A DNA stretch of 64,000 bases, from NCBI GenBank assembly GCA_020353515.1, contig CP070695.1, positions 2,422,966 to 2,486,965 on the forward strand, given 5' to 3'. Positions 59,642 to 64,000 of this stretch are shown piece by piece; the first letter of the stretch is position 1, and each line of letters starts with the position of its first letter. The translations under genes were made by a program, and so were the position numbers. This DNA comes from Candidatus Heimdallarchaeota archaeon (lineage in GTDB: Archaea; Asgardarchaeota; Heimdallarchaeia; Hodarchaeales; Hodarchaeaceae). The notes below the pieces were generated by a model, which ran no database searches, had not been told where the DNA came from, and saw only the letters and a list, made by a program, of their open reading frames with translations.

Positions 59642-60442
59642 ATGAAGATGAATAATCATCAGTATTCACCTAAATTTGTTTTACCAGTCGGGTTGGGAAG
59701 TTTAGGTTTTCTAATGATTTTAATTTCTGAATTAATAGTCATTGTCCATGGAACGAAGATAGTTCAGGTTTCTTGGTTAGCTAGTGTGCTTATAATGATT
59801 TCTACTCTTATTATCAGGTTTTACTCAGTTGATCTTGATCAATTTGACCAAATCATTCAGGATACCAACCCAGTTAAGGGAAGTGGTCTTACATCGTTAC
59901 GTTATTTGAACTGGATGACATTGGCAATGGTGATTGGATTTTTTGCGACAGTTACAATCGCTTTTGACTTCATAATCGGCGTATTAGTGTATCTAGTGAT
60001 GCAAATTTGCTTGATTATTTCTTTCACAGGAATTTTTTTAATCAAACCATCTGAACTACTTACTGATTCAAATTTAGGAAACTCATTTATCATGTCTCTG
60101 GTCTTTTGGCTGATAGCTGTTCCAGCGATCTATTTCACATTAATCTATAATGACATTGAATCCCTCATTGTCATACCGTATGTGATTGCTATTGGAACAA
60201 TGGCTTGTATTTCTTGGTTTGGTATTGGATATAATCAGCGTTCCAGAACATTTCGTTGGATGATTGTTGTTGCATCACTCCTATTTGTTTTCTCTGATAC
60301 ATTAATTGGTAATGCAAGATATGGCTCAATTCGTCTTGGACTAACACAATTGATTGATGTCACTTACGTACTCAATATTTTCCTCATGTCTCATGCTACT
60401 CTCTTCCTGAAGGATACTTTGGGGCACACACCTTTTAAATGA
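59642..60442 (+). CDS. YhhN/lysoplasmalogenase-like membrane protein
   Basis: Multi-TM; IPYVIAIGTM, LLFVFSDTLIG, TY motifs. Confidence 0.65.
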   Translation: MKMNNHQYSPKFVLPVGLGSLGFLMILISELIVIVHGTKIVQVSWLASVLIMISTLIIRFYSVDLDQFDQIIQDTNPVKGSGLTSLRYLNWMTLAMVIGFFATVTIAFDFIIGVLVYLVMQICLIISFTGIFLIKPSELLTDSNLGNSFIMSLVFWLIAVPAIYFTLIYNDIESLIVIPYVIAIGTMACISWFGIGYNQRSRTFRWMIVVASLLFVFSDTLIGNARYGSIRLGLTQLIDVTYVLNIFLMSHATLFLKDTLGHTPFK

Positions 60443-60538
60443 GTATTTACAGCGTTTTTTACGATCAAAAACCTTCAATTGCACAATTGATAAAATTCTT
60501 AATCCAGTTTTAATAATAGGAAGAGGTGAGGTTTAATA

Positions 60539-61438
60539 ATGGTGCCTATTGAGATAAAAGGATTTGACCCAAATCAATTAGAAGAACTCGCAAAAGAACA
60601 AACAGCAATTTACAACGCTGCAATTGCTAAGATACCAGATACTAGTCCTGCAAAAGTCGAAGATACTATTGCTCGCTTCAAGAGAGAGACTTTTGATCAA
60701 AGTCGGATGTTTTATGCTTATGAGGGGGATCGAATGATTGCTTATGCTGGTTTAACAGGTAGGAATGAAGAACAGAACTTACGAGGAGTTGGTTATCCAT
60801 GGCTTAGAGAGAATACTGATGTAAGTGTAAGGGATCTTCTGTATGAAGCAATGGAAAATAAATGCCATGACGAAGGAACCAAGCTTCTACGAGTCTATGG
60901 TTCTCCCAACTTCCCCGAACAGCTAGAATACTTTAAATCTAAAGGATTTGAGGTAATACATGAGTTTCTTGTCCACGAGAAGGTTCTAGAAAAGAATGAT
61001 TACGAATTACCAGCTGGTTACATCTTTCGACCTTTGAAACGGGATGATCTTCCTATACTAGAAGAGGTGTCACGAAATGACCCTAAAATGAAATCTCCTT
61101 TTGTAGCTTCAGATTGGGAACAATTAATGGATTCTAATAATTATAATCCTGATAGTATTGTTGTGGTAGAGAAAAATGGTACAGTAGTAGGATTTTATGC
61201 TTTTTTTATTCCTTCTGACCCCGAAAGGAAGAGAGCTTACTTTGCAGGAGTAGCTGTACTAGGTGACAATCAGGAAATTGAACCTTTCTTATTCAAAGAA
61301 CTCGAAAACAGAGCTCTTGAACAAGGAAAAGAGAAAGTAGACATTACATTCTATCCTGACTCTCCCCGCTTACCTTTGGCCAAGGAACTCGGATTCACGC
61401 AATACAGTCATAGCTACCAATTAGATAAAACACTCTAA
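60539..61438 (+). CDS. Tandem-GNAT-fold protein
   Basis: Two GNAT-like halves (YFKSKGFE; AGVAV...ELGF); strong GAGGTGAGG RBS. Confidence 0.7.
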   Translation: MVPIEIKGFDPNQLEELAKEQTAIYNAAIAKIPDTSPAKVEDTIARFKRETFDQSRMFYAYEGDRMIAYAGLTGRNEEQNLRGVGYPWLRENTDVSVRDLLYEAMENKCHDEGTKLLRVYGSPNFPEQLEYFKSKGFEVIHEFLVHEKVLEKNDYELPAGYIFRPLKRDDLPILEEVSRNDPKMKSPFVASDWEQLMDSNNYNPDSIVVVEKNGTVVGFYAFFIPSDPERKRAYFAGVAVLGDNQEIEPFLFKELENRALEQGKEKVDITFYPDSPRLPLAKELGFTQYSHSYQLDKTL

Positions 61439-61480
61439 TATTAATTGAAGGCATTTTTTGGTGATGTCAGGGATTCAACT

Positions 61481-61915
61481 ATGCTTTCAAATTCTCAAAA
61501 ATTGTTATTTATTCGATTTGCTTACTGGCTAGGAGCAATCCTCGACGCTTTTTGGGGCTTTCTCTCATTAATCTACATGTTTTTTTCCGAGCAGCGGATC
61601 TTTGTAGACCTTGGTTATCCAAGTCCCATCAGTGACTTTGATTATTACACATTAGTTGGAGTCTCGAGCTTAATGCTTGGTTGGACTTGTCTGCTATTTT
61701 GGGCTGATCGAAAACCAATTGAAAGACGTGACACCTTATTGATTACTGTTGGTGTGATGTTCATCATGTTCACCCTTCAATTGAATGGATTACTTAGCAG
61801 GAATCCCTATATCTCCTTGATCTCTTTGATTTCAAATGGGACAATCATTATCTATGGATTGGCTTACTATTTTGCACGACATCTTGCAATAGAGGTGAGA
61901 GAGCTTGATACTTAA
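61481..61915 (+). CDS. Small 4-TM membrane protein
   Basis: AYWLGAILD, SLMLGWTCLLFWADRKPIERR; likely ATG at 61481. Confidence 0.65.
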   Translation: MLSNSQKLLFIRFAYWLGAILDAFWGFLSLIYMFFSEQRIFVDLGYPSPISDFDYYTLVGVSSLMLGWTCLLFWADRKPIERRDTLLITVGVMFIMFTLQLNGLLSRNPYISLISLISNGTIIIYGLAYYFARHLAIEVRELDT

Positions 61916-62040
61916 GACAGAAAACATCTCATTCTGAACCTCAAGAAAGCTAAGGGGAAGAAGTAAGCAATATAACATAGAGATGTCTCTTTTCGTTTGA
62001 TGCTTTTGAGATTTTTTTGATAACCCCCTTGTGAAGCCTT

Positions 62041-63237
62041 TTGAAAACCAATGATCCTCTTACTTCAAGGCTACATTCGATGGGTGCACTCGAAAGAAAA
62101 ATAGAAATTCTTGGTGATGCGAGTAAATTTGATGTCTGTGCTTCCATGGCGTCTCCAAGGACTGTTTCTAGTGAGAATCGAATAGGAAATCCTGATAAAA
62201 TAGGAATTTGTCATGCTTTTGCTCCTGATGGACGATGTATCAGTCTTTTCAAAGTGTTAATGACTAATCATTGTATTTATGACTGCAAATATTGCGTGAA
62301 TAACAGTAATAATGCGAAAAATAAGGTCATGTTCGAACCTGTGGAATTAGCTCGAGCTTTTATGGGACTTTATATCCGCAACTATGTCGAAGGCCTATTT
62401 CTCTCTTCAGGCGTTTGGAGGAGTGCAACAGATACAGCGGAAAAAATGATCGAAGCATTAGATTTAATCCGAAATAAATATCATTTCCGCGGATATATTC
62501 ATGTTAAGATACTTCCTGGAACGAGTAAGAGCCATATCAAACAAATAATGAAGATTGCGGATCGAGTTAGTCTTAATGTGGAATTACCAAGTTCTTGTCG
62601 CCTTAGTGAAGTATCTAGCATGAAAAACTTTAATACAGACATTATTAGATGCCAGAAATTCATTTACCATTATATTAAGGAAGGATTATTACCAGCAGGC
62701 CAGACGACACAATTTATTGTAGGGACAACTGGAGAATCAGATCACGAAATTGTTGAAAGACTCCATTGGGAATATCAAAATCTGGATTTAAGACGAGGGT
62801 ATTTCTCTGCATTTACTCCAATAAAAGGTACACCATTAGAATCGAAAAAAATTCCCGAAATCTATCACAGGAAAAGGGAAAACTTCCTGTACCGTGTAGA
62901 TTGGCTATATCGACGATACAATTATGAAATCAAAAATATTTACTCCATAATGGATGAAAAGGGTATGATTCCCCTTAATATCGATCCAAAAGTTTCACTC
63001 GCATTGAAAGATGATATATTTCCTATAGATGTCAATGAAGCCTCATTTGATGAGTTATTACGCGTACCTGGAATAGGAGAGGTTTCCTCCAAAAGGATTA
63101 TCAATTTAAGAAGAGTGAATAAGAAAATAGAGAATTACAAAGACTTGCAAAGATTAGGTGTTGTTCTCAAACGTGCTAAATCGTTTATAACTGTGAATGG
63201 ACAAAGACAAACCAGTTTAAAGGAGTTCTATAGATAA
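62041..63237 (+). CDS. Putative DNA modification/repair radical SAM protein with HhH motif (TIGR03916-like)
   Basis: ASKFDVC, GICHAFAPDGRCISLFKVLMTNHCIYDCKYC, YVEGLFLSSG, PAGQTTQFIVG, LLRVPGIG. Confidence 0.92.
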   Translation: MKTNDPLTSRLHSMGALERKIEILGDASKFDVCASMASPRTVSSENRIGNPDKIGICHAFAPDGRCISLFKVLMTNHCIYDCKYCVNNSNNAKNKVMFEPVELARAFMGLYIRNYVEGLFLSSGVWRSATDTAEKMIEALDLIRNKYHFRGYIHVKILPGTSKSHIKQIMKIADRVSLNVELPSSCRLSEVSSMKNFNTDIIRCQKFIYHYIKEGLLPAGQTTQFIVGTTGESDHEIVERLHWEYQNLDLRRGYFSAFTPIKGTPLESKKIPEIYHRKRENFLYRVDWLYRRYNYEIKNIYSIMDEKGMIPLNIDPKVSLALKDDIFPIDVNEASFDELLRVPGIGEVSSKRIINLRRVNKKIENYKDLQRLGVVLKRAKSFITVNGQRQTSLKEFYR

Positions 63238-63252
63238 AAAATGCGTATGTGA

Positions 63253-63864
63253 TTGTTAATGTTCAGAACTATTAAGAAGAAAGAGGTTTTAGAGTCTCTC
63301 TTAAGACATAAAGATGTCACACCAGTATTTTTTCAACAAATAGAAGACATTCCAAAAGAAATACTTGAAAATGTTGGAACTAATCTAGCTAAAAAAGCTG
63401 TGGCTATGAGTCAAGAAGTTGATCGTGATCTCCACTCACATAAAGCTTTTTTACGCCTATCTGTATCACCACATGGAATATTATATGCTGAATCAGATGA
63501 AATGAAACATCACAATGAGATAGCACTTCTAGAGTTCTTCCAAAGCAGATTTCCAACTTTTATCATCCTGTTTAAATCGAAAAGAGGAATTTTTTCTTTA
63601 AATAAAGATAATTCAGTAATCAACATGAAGAAGCCTCTCAATGAGGTTCTTAAGAAAATGGAAGAAAAATTCCCAATGAATCCACTATTAGTCAATTTAA
63701 ATGGAAAAAATTACCAAGAACTATGGGAAACTTTTGCACAATCACAAATCATTCAGGGTAGGGGAAGTTCAATACAAATGACCAAGCTGTCAAGGAAATG
63801 GAAAAGAACTGTTGCTGAAGATAAAACATCAAGCAAACAATTGGATGAATTTTTTCACTCCTAA
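63253..63864 (+). CDS. DUF4130/TIGR03915-like partner of the DNA-repair radical SAM protein
   Basis: EVDRDLHSHKAFLRL...LYAE...H...FFQSRFP, YQELWETFAQS; immediately downstream of the radical SAM gene. Confidence 0.7.
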   Translation: MLMFRTIKKKEVLESLLRHKDVTPVFFQQIEDIPKEILENVGTNLAKKAVAMSQEVDRDLHSHKAFLRLSVSPHGILYAESDEMKHHNEIALLEFFQSRFPTFIILFKSKRGIFSLNKDNSVINMKKPLNEVLKKMEEKFPMNPLLVNLNGKNYQELWETFAQSQIIQGRGSSIQMTKLSRKWKRTVAEDKTSSKQLDEFFHS

Positions 63865-63903
63865 GATATGATACCCCAAGTATTAAGGGAGTAAATACTA
63901 AAT

Positions 63904-63999
63904 CTACTTCTCCGATTCCTGAAGAGGAATAACAATATGAAAGGATGTTCCTTCCTCTCCCGACTCTACAGATATATCCCAACCATGTGCTTCAACAAT
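63904..63999 (-). CDS. C-terminus of a histidine kinase (HATPase_c), runs off right edge
   Basis: Manual translation IVEAHGWDISVESGEEGTSFHIVIPLQESEK*; not in ORF track. Confidence 0.75.
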   Translation of the reverse strand: MVEAHGWDISVESGEEGTSFHIVIPLQESEK

Positions 64000-64000
64000 T

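Noticed and set aside
48-63982. Many short (60-116 aa) ORFs in the track, e.g. 7584..7934, 22682..23029, 63749..63982
   Set aside because: They lie antisense or out of frame within well-supported genes and have no recognisable motifs (shadow ORFs)
1-64000. CRISPR array, rRNA, transposase or integrase
   Set aside because: No regularly spaced direct repeats, rRNA-like GC-rich stretch or DDE/tyrosine-recombinase motifs seen by eye

Overview
AT-rich, gene-dense chromosomal segment, very probably from an Asgard archaeon (Heimdallarchaeia/Hodarchaeales-like). That assignment is an inference from tandem Rab-like GTPases, a longin-like domain, WD40 and LRR genes, PGF-type C-terminal sorting signals, archaeal A1-U72 tRNA-Gln genes without encoded CCA, and GGTGA ribosome-binding motifs. 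The window holds about 55 CDS (transporters, hydrolases, GNATs, radical SAM enzymes, sensors), two tRNA-Gln genes and at least three pseudogenes or fragments. I found no rRNA, CRISPR array or recognisable transposase. Highlights: (1) a 2180-aa single-pass surface protein (DUF2341/LamG, Asp-box region, Ig-like repeats) with a cytoplasmic longin-like domain, encoded directly downstream of two co-oriented Rab-like GTPases, a candidate receptor-GEF-GTPase signalling module; (2) an orphan T6SS Hcp-family tube protein with an N-terminal signal/anchor helix, paired with a PGF-CTERM surface protein; (3) a glutaminyl-tRNA synthetase, atypical for archaea, next to both tRNA-Gln isoacceptors, which carry G73 and A37; (4) tandem ketol-acid reductoisomerase paralogues with complementary loss of catalytic residues, suggesting an obligate heterodimer; (5) a DNA-repair radical SAM/DUF4130 pair with C-terminal PIP-box motifs. 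All domain calls come from motif recognition by eye; no database searches were run.
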